From: Elusimicrobiota bacterium
GTDB lineage: Bacteria; Elusimicrobiota; Elusimicrobia; F11
NCBI GenBank assembly: GCA_046153645.1
Contig: JBJXGI010000042.1
Location: forward strand, 64,001 to 128,000
Direction of reading: 5' to 3'
DNA length: 64,000 nt
Position numbers and translations under genes: made by a program. The notes beneath the pieces are model-generated. The model had not been told where the DNA came from. It ran no database searches and worked only from the letters and a program-made list of their open reading frames with translations. This document shows, piece after piece, positions 29,901 through 38,706 of the stretch. How positions within the stretch are numbered: position 1 is the stretch's first letter; each line of letters begins with the position of its first letter.

Positions 29901-30832
29901 AATTTATGGATTTTGCTATTCCCGAAAATACAGATCAACAAGGTGATTTTGACCCCGATGTTATTGATCAAGACCATAAATTAATCAAAAGCTGGTTGGA
30001 TAACTTCCAAAATAAAACAGAAATAAATATTGATACTCAAATGCAAAACCGTTTTTATGATGAATGGTTGAAAAAAGCCCCATTTTTCCTACCTTTTAAC
30101 CAAAATACTCGAATTCCATCAGTCAAAGATTTACAAGAAAAACTAAGTGACAGAAAGACCCATTGGACGAAAAAATTCGACAGAGATTTGAGAGACCATT
30201 TATATGATTCATTTTTACCTACTATCAAATCACGACGTATGGGAGATCTCACAAAAAGTCTTATTCTAGAAGAGGATAAAGAAACCGCTGTTAGTCTTAC
30301 CGTCATAGAAATCACCAATACCACTAAGCTCCCGCATCTATTAAGAACCATCGAAGGGTTAATAACAGAATTATCGGCTGCGCAACTGAAAGGAATCCAT
30401 GCTGTTGTTTTTGTCAATCGCTCTCATCATTCGGATTTACCTGGTACCCTCAAGAAAATAATGGATCAGAAAAACAACTCTCATTTATGGGTCGGAATCA
30501 TGAATAAACCTTTAAATACAGACCCAGTGGAATTTATTGAACCTGTAAAACATGTTTTAGAGTCCGTTGATAAAAGTATGCTTCCGCAAATAGCACAAGC
30601 CATCAGAAAAAAAACAATGGGTATTCGTCTCATGTTACAAACAGATCGGTGGAGTTCAACAAAATCTCTCAAATTAGATAAAAGTGGAAAAAATGTTCTG
30701 AGAATTGAGGATTTTGATGTTAAGTTTTATTTAATCAATAGTCTTTTAACGATGATGAGAGAAAAAGGAATTTCTGTTAAGAATTTAAACAATATTGTTA
30801 ATTTAATTAAACAAGCATCGAAACACGCCTAA
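26939..30832 (+). CDS. Large exported/membrane hypothetical protein; N-terminal region resembles the EreA/ChaN/TIKI fold
   Basis: Signal peptide; QDVH, ALEGA, GVE, RD.TMA, VTGGFHS; central hydrophobic segments. Confidence 0.6.
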   Translation: MKKFVSFILIFFIFAHESLGSLPQTQNTLPLLQSFSQINNLPQITKISENKSPHNHLLSFIPENVSSIRSVIPSNTESKRVIYFMQDVHLNKEAQTNISYTLKAIMNSEKVDAVALEGAEGILPVQTFNEFSDKESRNLASKNLFEEKNISGPIYAGFTFDGKKLPYYYGVEKNALYEQNIEALQKASKVTNETKKLLRNLQLTYSSEKRTILNPAILKLSEKMEAFHHNSISLVSYLDSLSQFDSFYSPEIEMFLSAHELEKRLDFQKIEKDRTAFIGALTKKLNQSELNWLWQLGTECKTGRLKQKDFYSMLEQFSSKKNIPMEKYGSMKDYVQYVWLADNIQPEKLFEDIESLENTAFVQTAQNENEKNLIHLLKFLILSEKLCDFALTAQEWKQFKKLKSENLILLEDPKLINHIDQILKFYDVAEQRDKTMAQNTISLFDENCHRLFLVTGGFHSSAMIDLFKKEGITVISLSPKLTHLNEVKEEKALSFFTRELTPLDKLFKGEKLFLSPRPMETQSAALNFGAQSLVLSRDLNLVHSFFRRLGISFVIKKIKKFLHNVRISVETEQHQMVSMAYQLNNGAITGSPTVSLSWGEKIKMFFLKLTEHRYFMALIATLLTPAIASGQSKMANNVIGFLFKGVGDTKIPGILFILGFVMLLIVIGLIINRWVSSYRFKTLNQAAVKSIINVGAENYFIGTQMQNDENLGPTLQIITGNNATALAVKSAAAIAQLPTATALAKRAKDFFSDAEINGVEKDIADIFQYHQLILDNRSAKEAIQTIIPVWLRGSPLNQFDITQLQVLALKLYGYWLGNKISIVDISSSAEVKQLIEQLQEYEEIFQDLLKRNTETPNVPNQNERFLNTFGSIINIRLFSANPLFQRLVSYLTHTSSGKIYPLRSPNILASRLLSKREEKKNAIEAPKIKEAYKFLEELGFQSPDQISNLEEKLLEALKIKISEFDVDIKNEADVNQLARMIYLVWLDQFMDFAIPENTDQQGDFDPDVIDQDHKLIKSWLDNFQNKTEINIDTQMQNRFYDEWLKKAPFFLPFNQNTRIPSVKDLQEKLSDRKTHWTKKFDRDLRDHLYDSFLPTIKSRRMGDLTKSLILEEDKETAVSLTVIEITNTTKLPHLLRTIEGLITELSAAQLKGIHAVVFVNRSHHSDLPGTLKKIMDQKNNSHLWVGIMNKPLNTDPVEFIEPVKHVLESVDKSMLPQIAQAIRKKTMGIRLMLQTDRWSSTKSLKLDKSGKNVLRIEDFDVKFYLINSLLTMMREKGISVKNLNNIVNLIKQASKHA

Positions 30833-30848
30833 AAAAACCATCAATGCA

Positions 30849-32294
30849 TCAGTGAGTTTTTAGAAATTGAAAACTACGGAGTGCTTTGGTTCTGGCTTCA
30901 GCGTGATTTACCAAAGGAGCAGGATAATTTTTTCCCAAAAATATTCCGCTGTCTTTTAACAAAGTTTCAGGCGCCTCCCAGGGTTGATGTATCCATTTAT
31001 TAGGAAGTTTCGATAATTCAGGTACCCATCGACGGACATATTCTCCATTAGGGTCAAATTTTTTGCCCTGCAAAATAGGGTTAAAAATTCTGAAATAAGG
31101 AGCGGCGTCCGCACCACAACCAGCCGTCCATTGCCATCCAAGTGAGTTGCTAGCCAAATCGGCATCCACCAAAGTATCCCAAAACCACTCCGCCCCTTTC
31201 ACCCAATTAATTAAAAGATCTTTTACTAAAAAGGATGCCACAATCATTCTCACTCGGTTATGCATCCAGCCTGTGGCCCATAATTCACGAAGTCCCGCAT
31301 CAACAATGGGGTAGCCCGTTTTTCCTTTCTGCCATTTTTTTAAAAAAAGAGAATTTTTCTCCCATGGAAACTTAGAAAATTTTTCTCGAAGTGGTTGTTT
31401 ATCTGTATGTGGAAAGTGAAACAATAAATGATATGCAAATTCTCTCCATCCGATTTCTTTAAGGTAAACTTCAGCCCCTTTAATAGATCCACTTTTTCCT
31501 TTTTTGAAAGATACCTCTTGGACTTTTTGCCAAATTTCATATGGTGAAATTTCACCAAAATGTAAGTGAGGAGAAAGATGACTGGTTCCTAAATAATCCG
31601 GTCTATTTCGAGAATCAGGGTATTCACTTAAAATGTCAGAAACAAATTTTTTTATATTTTTTTGAGCTCCTCTTTCACCAGGTTCCCAGTGAGATAAAAA
31701 ACCTGCGTCCCATTTGACTTCAGGCAAAAGCTTCAAATGATCAATTGAATCAGATTTGGGGGTTTTATCTAAACGAGGAAATGTAAGAGGGATTTTTGTT
31801 GGTTTTCGAGGTCGAAATTGTTTTAAGCAGGTATTCCAAAAAGCAGTAAAAACCTGATATGGGTTTTTTTCTTGAGTTAAAATTTCCCACGGCTCAAATA
31901 TAAGAGACCCATTAAAACTTTCCGCCTTCACACCCATTTCTTTGAGGGTTGATTTTATCTCGCTATCTCTTTTGATAAGCGCAGGCTCATAACGACGGTT
32001 CCAGTAAACGCTTTTAGCCCCTGTTTCTTTGAGCAATTCAATAATAACTGGAAGAGCTTTTCCTTGACGAATAATAAGTTGAGATCCGTGATGAAGTAAC
32101 GAGGTATGAAGTGCTGTTAACGAATGATGTAACCACCATCGACTGGCACTTCCAGGCATCCAAGGTGATTCTTCATTGGGTGACCAAATAAAAACAGGAA
32201 TAATCGGCTCCCCTTGGGCTAATGCCGCAAAGAGAGCCGGATTATTTTCGAGTCTTAAATCATTTTTAAACCAAACAAGAGTTGGACAACAAAT
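30849..32294 (-). CDS. phrB: Class I CPD DNA photolyase
   Basis: TSHLSPHLHFGEIS, WREF, TGYPIVDAGLREL..GWMHNRVRM; in-frame LVWFKNDLRLENNPAL lies upstream of the ORF-track ATG (32159); start uncertain, ATT 32294 assumed. Confidence 0.92.
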   Translation of the reverse strand: MCCPTLVWFKNDLRLENNPALFAALAQGEPIIPVFIWSPNEESPWMPGSASRWWLHHSLTALHTSLLHHGSQLIIRQGKALPVIIELLKETGAKSVYWNRRYEPALIKRDSEIKSTLKEMGVKAESFNGSLIFEPWEILTQEKNPYQVFTAFWNTCLKQFRPRKPTKIPLTFPRLDKTPKSDSIDHLKLLPEVKWDAGFLSHWEPGERGAQKNIKKFVSDILSEYPDSRNRPDYLGTSHLSPHLHFGEISPYEIWQKVQEVSFKKGKSGSIKGAEVYLKEIGWREFAYHLLFHFPHTDKQPLREKFSKFPWEKNSLFLKKWQKGKTGYPIVDAGLRELWATGWMHNRVRMIVASFLVKDLLINWVKGAEWFWDTLVDADLASNSLGWQWTAGCGADAAPYFRIFNPILQGKKFDPNGEYVRRWVPELSKLPNKWIHQPWEAPETLLKDSGIFLGKNYPAPLVNHAEARTKALRSFQFLKTH

Positions 32295-32295
32295 A

Positions 32296-32862
32296 CTAGA
32301 ACTCTACTTTGGGAACGGCTTTGGCTTCAGGCGCAGCTTGAAAATATGTGTCTTTGGGTTTAAAACCAAAAAAACCGGCGACAACGTTTCCAGGAAACTT
32401 TTTAACCAAAACATTAAAGTTTTGAATGGTTTCATTAAAACGCATTCGCTCAACCGCAATTCTGTTTTCAGTGCCAGCCAATTCATCTTGAAGCGCCATA
32501 AAATTGGCATTTGATTTTAATTGTGGGTAATTTTCCGCCACAACCAATAAACGTGAGAGGGCACTATCAATACCTTGATTGGCTTGAATTTTGTCAGACA
32601 CAGTTCTGGCACCTGCCAATTTAGCTCTGGCTTCAGCAATTTGAGTGAAAATTTCATTTTCTTGCTTGGCATACCCTTTAACAGTGTTAACCAAATTCGG
32701 AATTAAGTCTGACCGGCGTTGCATAACATTTTCAACTTGTGCCCAACTGGCAGTAATCGCTTCTTCTCCCGCCACCATTTGATTGCGAGGCCCAATAATA
32801 AATGCTCCCGCCAAAACAACCAAACCAACAAGCACGCCTAAAACAACTAATACTTTCTTCAT
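32296..32862 (-). CDS. lemA: LemA-family protein
   Basis: QRRSDLIPNLVNTVKGYA, ENYPQLKS, TENRIAVER. Confidence 0.95.
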   Translation of the reverse strand: MKKVLVVLGVLVGLVVLAGAFIIGPRNQMVAGEEAITASWAQVENVMQRRSDLIPNLVNTVKGYAKQENEIFTQIAEARAKLAGARTVSDKIQANQGIDSALSRLLVVAENYPQLKSNANFMALQDELAGTENRIAVERMRFNETIQNFNVLVKKFPGNVVAGFFGFKPKDTYFQAAPEAKAVPKVEF

Positions 32863-32876
32863 TTTTTTCTCCTTCC

Positions 32877-33581
32877 TTACAACTTATCTACAGATTGAAT
32901 GACAGCATCAATATTCTTGATATATCTTTCGAACAACTTTTGTGGACTTTTTAAAAGTGAATGTTTTTCTTTATTTCTATGTTGAAGTACCGCTTCTAAG
33001 GCTTCAAGGTCCAAGGAAATAATTTTATTTAATTCGTACCAGACCTCTTGTTTCTTCCAGACAATAGACAAATTTTTTAATCTTAAAACACCTCGGTAAA
33101 GTGAAGTAATAGAACTTAAAGACTGCGCCAATAAATCGAGAATCTTTTTAGAGTCCGAAAAACATTCCAAATATCTTTGGCGAAGGGTTAAGAGCTTCGC
33201 TCTCAATTCAAACTCGAGTTGATGGCGAAAATGACCAAGTTCAATGTGAACGCCAGAAAAAGGGTCGTTTCCAAAAAAAATCTGATGAGAACTTTGAATA
33301 TCTAGAAATTCCAGTGGAAACACATCAAGCGAATTTTGAAACTCATGCTCACTAAAAATTGAAGGTAAAGAATATCCTTTTTTATTCCAATTTTTTAATA
33401 GAAACCCTAATTTATCAAGTGTAAAAACATCAACCCTTTTCAGCAAAACCAATAAATTAATATTGGAAAAAAACTTGGTTTCATCTTTCGAAACAGCTGA
33501 TCCATAAAGCACAACGGAAGCTAAATTTTCGCCCAATTCATTTTTCAACTTTAATAAGAGAATTTCACAATCTTTTATCAT
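32877..33581 (-). CDS. Pol-beta-like nucleotidyltransferase-fold protein, catalytic aspartates replaced
   Basis: VVLYGSAV...SNINLLV, DVFPLEF.DI; SD GGAGG. Confidence 0.65.
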   Translation of the reverse strand: MIKDCEILLLKLKNELGENLASVVLYGSAVSKDETKFFSNINLLVLLKRVDVFTLDKLGFLLKNWNKKGYSLPSIFSEHEFQNSLDVFPLEFLDIQSSHQIFFGNDPFSGVHIELGHFRHQLEFELRAKLLTLRQRYLECFSDSKKILDLLAQSLSSITSLYRGVLRLKNLSIVWKKQEVWYELNKIISLDLEALEAVLQHRNKEKHSLLKSPQKLFERYIKNIDAVIQSVDKL

Positions 33582-33595
33582 TTATTCCTCCTGCC

Positions 33596-34327
33596 TTACC
33601 AACCTCGTGAAGACCCTCCACCGCCAGAAGACCCTCCACCAAACCCTCCAAAACCGCCGCCACCAAATCCACCATTTCCGCTGCCGCCTCCTCTTGAAAT
33701 AAGAAAAAATAATAACCAAGGGTGACGAATGAAAACAATGAGAGCGATAATAAAAATAATAAAGAAAAATATTTTTTCTATGAATGTTAATGGACGAACT
33801 TTCTGAAGATCTCTCGAAGAAAGACCTTCTAATTGAACACCAGAACTTTGAGCCAACAACTGAGCAATGGTGACAGCACCTTGCACCACCCCTTCACTTA
33901 AATTTCCCGTACGAAATTGAGGTAAAACAATTTGATCTAATATCTGCCCTGCTTTGCCATCATTGATGACCGCTTCTAGACCATACCCCACTTCAATGCG
34001 CATTTTCCGCTCACCAGGGACAATTAAAAATAAGACTCCATTGTTTTTTCCTTTTTGACCAATCCCCCAGCGTTTAAACAACTTAACAGACTCGGTTTCA
34101 ATATCACGCCCTTCAAGAGTGGGAATAGTGACCACCGCAACTTGATCTGATGTTTTTTGTTCAAGAAAAAACAATAACTTCTCTAATTTTATTTTATGTT
34201 GAGGAGAAATAATTCGTGCCTCATCAGTAACATAAGATTCAGATTTCAACTGCTCTATTCTCGTAAGGGAAAAAAGAAAAGAAAATGGAATAAAAAAAAG
34301 AGTAAAAATAAACAGATATCGTTTCAT
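33596..34327 (-). CDS. TPM-domain (YgcG-like) membrane protein
   Basis: YVTDEA, WGIGQKGKNNGVL, RIEVGYGLE, Gly-rich tail ending GGGSSRGW. Confidence 0.92.
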   Translation of the reverse strand: MKRYLFIFTLFFIPFSFLFSLTRIEQLKSESYVTDEARIISPQHKIKLEKLLFFLEQKTSDQVAVVTIPTLEGRDIETESVKLFKRWGIGQKGKNNGVLFLIVPGERKMRIEVGYGLEAVINDGKAGQILDQIVLPQFRTGNLSEGVVQGAVTIAQLLAQSSGVQLEGLSSRDLQKVRPLTFIEKIFFFIIFIIALIVFIRHPWLLFFLISRGGGSGNGGFGGGGFGGFGGGSSGGGGSSRGW

Positions 34328-34335
34328 TTTTCTTG

Positions 34336-35931
34336 TTATTCGACAGGTGCTAAACGGAGAGTAGCCAAAGCAATTTCTGCCTGAACAAAAGGATTTTCTT
34401 CAATTCCTAAGCGCGATAACACTTGAGAGTAATCATCGCTAGTTCCATAACGACTGAGATACCAATAACTCATAGCACGAGAAGGCCAGTCTGGATCGTT
34501 AAGCCTGGCCAAAAAAGAAAGCCTTGGAGACGTTTCTCCAAATTTAGCCAAAACTTGTAACGCGTAAACCTGAACCGCTGCAGAGGCGTCGTTGCCGGCT
34601 AAATTATAAACATAAGGAATAGCCGATTTAAAACGCCCCACCTCCACTGCTTCTAAAGCGCCCATACGAACAATGGCATTTTTATCGGCCAGCGCATCTT
34701 GAACCAAATAAATATCACTTTCATCACGGCTATACGATAATGCAATCAACGCGCTTGCTTTAACCAAGGGATTGGTTGAATTTTGAGCCAAACGTTGTAA
34801 TTCTGAACGCATTAATGGGTCGGTGGTTCCTCCCAGGGCTTCAATAAGGAGATAACTCAATTCTGAGTAACGAGTCTTAAGAGCAAACCCACTCGGCGTT
34901 ACCATGGAATTCAACTCTTCTAAAATAGGATCCTGTTGCTGAATAGGATCTAATGGTTCTCCCAACCGATCCCGGATTAGTTTTAGAAGACCTGAATTGA
35001 TTTGGGCTGCAATTTGAAGTGAAGCAGGAATTTTAAGACGGGGGGGTGTAATGACCAAAGGTTCTAACTCAATAGCACTGTCTCTACCAATCGTGTAAGC
35101 CACCTCTTCGTTATCTCTCCAAGCTTTTTGAGAAGGAGAATAACTGGATTTTTCCCCTTTTTTAGAAATAAGTTTAAGAGCCGCAATAGAAAGCTCCGCA
35201 ATAACAAAATCATTTCGAGTTTCACGGTTTAAATAACTCACAATTTTCGGATAATCATTGGGATTACCATAATCTCCAAGGTAACGGGCCGCCATTGCGC
35301 GAACGACCCAACTGTTATGATCTAAACCCTTCCATAATGCATCAACCGCTGATTCTTGACCCAACGATAAAAGAGCTTGTGCGGCAACAATTTGCATTAA
35401 AGGGGACCAATCTCGATCTTTAGCCAATTGAAGAAGGGAAATGGCCTCAGCTTGTCCCCACGTTTGAAGAGCCTCAACAGCGGCAAAGCGAATTCCAATT
35501 TTTCCATCCAACACCGCTTCTTTAAAATATTTTTTGTGTAGTGGGTCTCCTAAACTGGCCAAGGTAATAATGGCTTGAGCGCGAACCTTGGGATTTCGTG
35601 ACCATTGCACCATTTCTATCAGGCGTTTTCTCAAATCAGGATCACGAGCAGCTTTTAACGCTTCCACCAAAGAAACCCCAAACTCTAAATACCGAAGTTT
35701 TAAACGATATCCCGCAGGAGTGGCAAAGGTAATAATTTGTGCCAGAGAAGTAGACTGATAATCTTCAGCGCTTATTTTTGTTTTATCTTGTTTTTCAAGT
35801 AGGTCAACCAATGTTTGTGTGACCCCGGTTAAATTGGGTGCCGCTTGAATGGTGTTAACGGGTGCCAACCCACCACACCCAATGGTCAGAATAAAGAGTG
35901 ACAGAACAAATACCGAATTTATTTTTCTCAT
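34336..35931 (-). CDS. HEAT-repeat lipoprotein with internal duplication
   Basis: Lipobox TIGC; VR..A..AL repeats; duplicated TP.G..LK.RY.E....L.EAL. Confidence 0.75.
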   Translation of the reverse strand: MRKINSVFVLSLFILTIGCGGLAPVNTIQAAPNLTGVTQTLVDLLEKQDKTKISAEDYQSTSLAQIITFATPAGYRLKLRYLEFGVSLVEALKAARDPDLRKRLIEMVQWSRNPKVRAQAIITLASLGDPLHKKYFKEAVLDGKIGIRFAAVEALQTWGQAEAISLLQLAKDRDWSPLMQIVAAQALLSLGQESAVDALWKGLDHNSWVVRAMAARYLGDYGNPNDYPKIVSYLNRETRNDFVIAELSIAALKLISKKGEKSSYSPSQKAWRDNEEVAYTIGRDSAIELEPLVITPPRLKIPASLQIAAQINSGLLKLIRDRLGEPLDPIQQQDPILEELNSMVTPSGFALKTRYSELSYLLIEALGGTTDPLMRSELQRLAQNSTNPLVKASALIALSYSRDESDIYLVQDALADKNAIVRMGALEAVEVGRFKSAIPYVYNLAGNDASAAVQVYALQVLAKFGETSPRLSFLARLNDPDWPSRAMSYWYLSRYGTSDDYSQVLSRLGIEENPFVQAEIALATLRLAPVE

Positions 35932-35976
35932 GACAAAGAATTTATCAAATCTATTTAAGCAGAGCTTTAGAATATT

Positions 35977-36750
35977 CTAAAAAGAAAGACTGGAAGGCAG
36001 ATCAGACGAAGCAAAAACTTCACCTTCAAATAACTGGTCTTTGAGGTATTGTTTCATTTGAACTGAGTTATAAGGTGTTTTTGGATCTTTTATTAAAATA
36101 AGGGCTTTGGGTTGTAATAATCCCGCCAACTCAGAAACAACCGTAGATTTAAGCTCATTAAAATCTAAAAGGTATACCTGATCCAATTCTTTTCCATCAT
36201 CTCGCAGAGAATAGGTAAATTCTCGAAAAGAGTTGGTGTTGTCAGGGATAAGGGAAATCAATATATGACGACCATGATCAAATTCAAAAAAATATCCCAT
36301 TTGTTTTTCACCATGAACAGAGAGAGTCAATGCCGTTACAAATAAAAAATGGTTCTCTTTTTTAAGCATCAGGCGTGATGAAGGCTCTAATCCTTTTACT
36401 TGAGTAAACCCTTTTTCTTGAATAGATTTACTTAAAAGCGAGGGGCAAATTATTTTTATATCTTTTCTTAAAGCTTCAAAGAACCCAGAAGGAAAAGGTC
36501 CTCCGGTCAAGAAAAAATAATCAGCTACCGTCACTAATGAGGGGGGAAGAGAATTTATTACAATTTTTATTTGATCAAATTGTATTGATAAACTTTTCGA
36601 AGAGCGTATCTCAATCTGGTTAGTACTTTTCTCAAATGGCCAATTAATTATTTCAGGAACAGAGGGGCGAGATAAAATAATCTTTTTATTTTCAGCACAT
36701 CCAAAAAAGAATGAGAAAAGAAAACAGAAATAAATGTTTAGCAGTTTCAA
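35977..36750 (-). CDS. Hypothetical lipoprotein, possibly degenerate metallo-beta-lactamase fold
   Basis: FFGC lipobox-like; motif spacing reminiscent of MBL fold but no HxHxDH. Confidence 0.45.
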   Translation of the reverse strand: MKLLNIYFCFLFSFFFGCAENKKIILSRPSVPEIINWPFEKSTNQIEIRSSKSLSIQFDQIKIVINSLPPSLVTVADYFFLTGGPFPSGFFEALRKDIKIICPSLLSKSIQEKGFTQVKGLEPSSRLMLKKENHFLFVTALTLSVHGEKQMGYFFEFDHGRHILISLIPDNTNSFREFTYSLRDDGKELDQVYLLDFNELKSTVVSELAGLLQPKALILIKDPKTPYNSVQMKQYLKDQLFEGEVFASSDLPSSLSF

Positions 36751-36759
36751 GGAAAAATT

Positions 36760-37146
36760 TTAATTTGATATCCTAGCAGCATCGGATGGACCACCCAAAC
36801 CAGTAGGATCTGTCACTGGAGAAGTAGGTATAACAACAGCAACTTTAGATGTACCATCATCGCTTTCACCAGCAGATTTATCTTCAGGCCAAACATAGTT
36901 AATGACATCGGATTTATCATAATAACCGACATCATTATTATTCAATTTCGCAGGCTGAACACTCATTCCTTCATCAGTGACAAAATTATCGCCATTTGGC
37001 AATATTCCAATACTAGTAGAGGGTTTTCTGGCTGGAGAATAATCAGAAGCTGCATATAAATAAACAAGGGTGACGGTTGATAATGCCACCATAAATGAGC
37101 CAATAAAGAAATAATGCTTAATTGCACCCCGTGTATTGTTTTTCAT
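36760..37146 (-). CDS. Hypothetical single-TM protein with prepilin-like N-terminus
   Basis: MKNNTRG|AI then hydrophobic helix; AGGAG upstream. Confidence 0.55.
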   Translation of the reverse strand: MKNNTRGAIKHYFFIGSFMVALSTVTLVYLYAASDYSPARKPSTSIGILPNGDNFVTDEGMSVQPAKLNNNDVGYYDKSDVINYVWPEDKSAGESDDGTSKVAVVIPTSPVTDPTGLGGPSDAARISN

Positions 37147-37192
37147 ACGTTAAGTTTGTCTCCTATTCCCTTAAGATTCAATAGAATTTTCG

Positions 37193-37209
37193 ATTAAGAT
37201 TTGATTAAG
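37193..37209 (-). promoter_or_regulatory. CTTAAT-N5-CTTAAT direct repeat (OmpR/PmrA-type box)
   Basis: Minus strand reads CTTAATcaaatCTTAAT upstream of 36760-37146. Confidence 0.5.
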
Positions 37210-37267
37210 AAGAAATAACCTAATATTTTTATCTAAAACACATTGATTTTACAAATCATTTTTTGAG

Positions 37268-38704
37268 TCAATACATATTCCCTGTTTGACCTGTTTTCTC
37301 TATGGAATAAATTATCTCAGATGTGACAGGAATAAAAGGTGGCGGACTGGTTTTAAGCGAATTCATATAAGAATAGGTACGGGGGGGAGTTCCTCCAGTA
37401 AGATCATTATAGACATCCGGAATACTTTGAGGGGTACTTCCCAAAATCATTGAGCCAGAAAAAATTAATTTCATATTAGCCGGAGCAGTGAGATCTGCAT
37501 AAATACTCGCTATGAGACGCCCGTGCGGAGCCATAACCAAAGCTTGAATGGTTTGAGTGACTGGAGCACCAGTATAGTAGGTTGAAGAAATGATGACGTT
37601 TCCTCGAGTAATTAAAATAGCCTGATGCGCAGTTGAAGAACTGGGCAGCGGATCTCCCGGATAAGGACCGATACCCGGATTAATAGTGAGGTTACCAGTA
37701 ATAAAAATATCTCTCTCAGATACGAATAACACCTGACCATTGACTTCTCCATCAATCCGCATCGAATTAGCAGAATAATAAATATGCTCTTCGTTATCAC
37801 AAGTGCGTAAACCTGGGTATTGGACTAAATATTGATCAGTGGGAGTTGAATGTGCAGCCGGAGTGCAGACACCTCCTCCCGTATCCCGGAAATATCCGGG
37901 AGGAAAAATTTTAGTTTCCGGTCCTCCTACCGCGATAGGAACATTAGAACCAAATAAATCTTTTACTGTATGCGCATTTGCCAATGTTTCATAACGATCC
38001 AAGTCCGCTTGAAGAACTTGGGGAAAAAGCATGGGCTGGTTTAACCGAATGGGCATTTTTGCCTCAGGCCCTATGGATGGCTCTGTGATGTCTATTTGAG
38101 CTGGAATGATTGCACCACCCCACAACTTTGGAGGGGTCACCGTCTGAGTAAACTCTGCCTGTAGTACTTTGGTTACTAACGCCGAACCAGTTAAGTTAAA
38201 AATCAAATTAGGGGCATAAATTTTTCCGAGGGAAACATCTACGCCTTTTGTAATAACCAATGGATCAGCCCCTGAAATAGCCGCGAAATAATCCGCTACA
38301 TTTGAAACCTTGGCATATGTATGCAAAGTTGTTGAGTAATCTTTCCCATTCCTTGTTCTCGTCGCGGAAGTGACAATGTAATAATTAGTGCCTCCAACAA
38401 ATGCTCCTGAAGTTAAATAATTGGTAAATGATTCTCCAGATTCAAACCCTGACTGGGCAACACCAGTCCATGTAAAATCATTTGGGTTATTTGCAATTCT
38501 TCCCATGGCTTGCGATAGTCCTGTTTCAACCAAACGATAGGTTTTATTCATTTCATCCAAGTAATAAGATTGGTGAGAACTTCTTTTCAGAACTTCGGAA
38601 ATCGCAATAATTCCTAAAAAAATACTAATCGCAAAAACACCAGCAAAAGCAACTGAAATACCTTTTACGTTAAAAGCCCAGTATTTTTTAGATAGTTTTT
38701 TCAT
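37268..38704 (-). CDS. PilX/GspK-like minor pilin with large C-terminal beta-rich domain
   Basis: KG|ISVAF without Glu5, PilX-like ETGLSQA helix, IFITGNL and ITRGNVII repeats. Confidence 0.65.
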   Translation of the reverse strand: MKKLSKKYWAFNVKGISVAFAGVFAISIFLGIIAISEVLKRSSHQSYYLDEMNKTYRLVETGLSQAMGRIANNPNDFTWTGVAQSGFESGESFTNYLTSGAFVGGTNYYIVTSATRTRNGKDYSTTLHTYAKVSNVADYFAAISGADPLVITKGVDVSLGKIYAPNLIFNLTGSALVTKVLQAEFTQTVTPPKLWGGAIIPAQIDITEPSIGPEAKMPIRLNQPMLFPQVLQADLDRYETLANAHTVKDLFGSNVPIAVGGPETKIFPPGYFRDTGGGVCTPAAHSTPTDQYLVQYPGLRTCDNEEHIYYSANSMRIDGEVNGQVLFVSERDIFITGNLTINPGIGPYPGDPLPSSSTAHQAILITRGNVIISSTYYTGAPVTQTIQALVMAPHGRLIASIYADLTAPANMKLIFSGSMILGSTPQSIPDVYNDLTGGTPPRTYSYMNSLKTSPPPFIPVTSEIIYSIEKTGQTGNMY

Positions 38705-38706
38705 AT

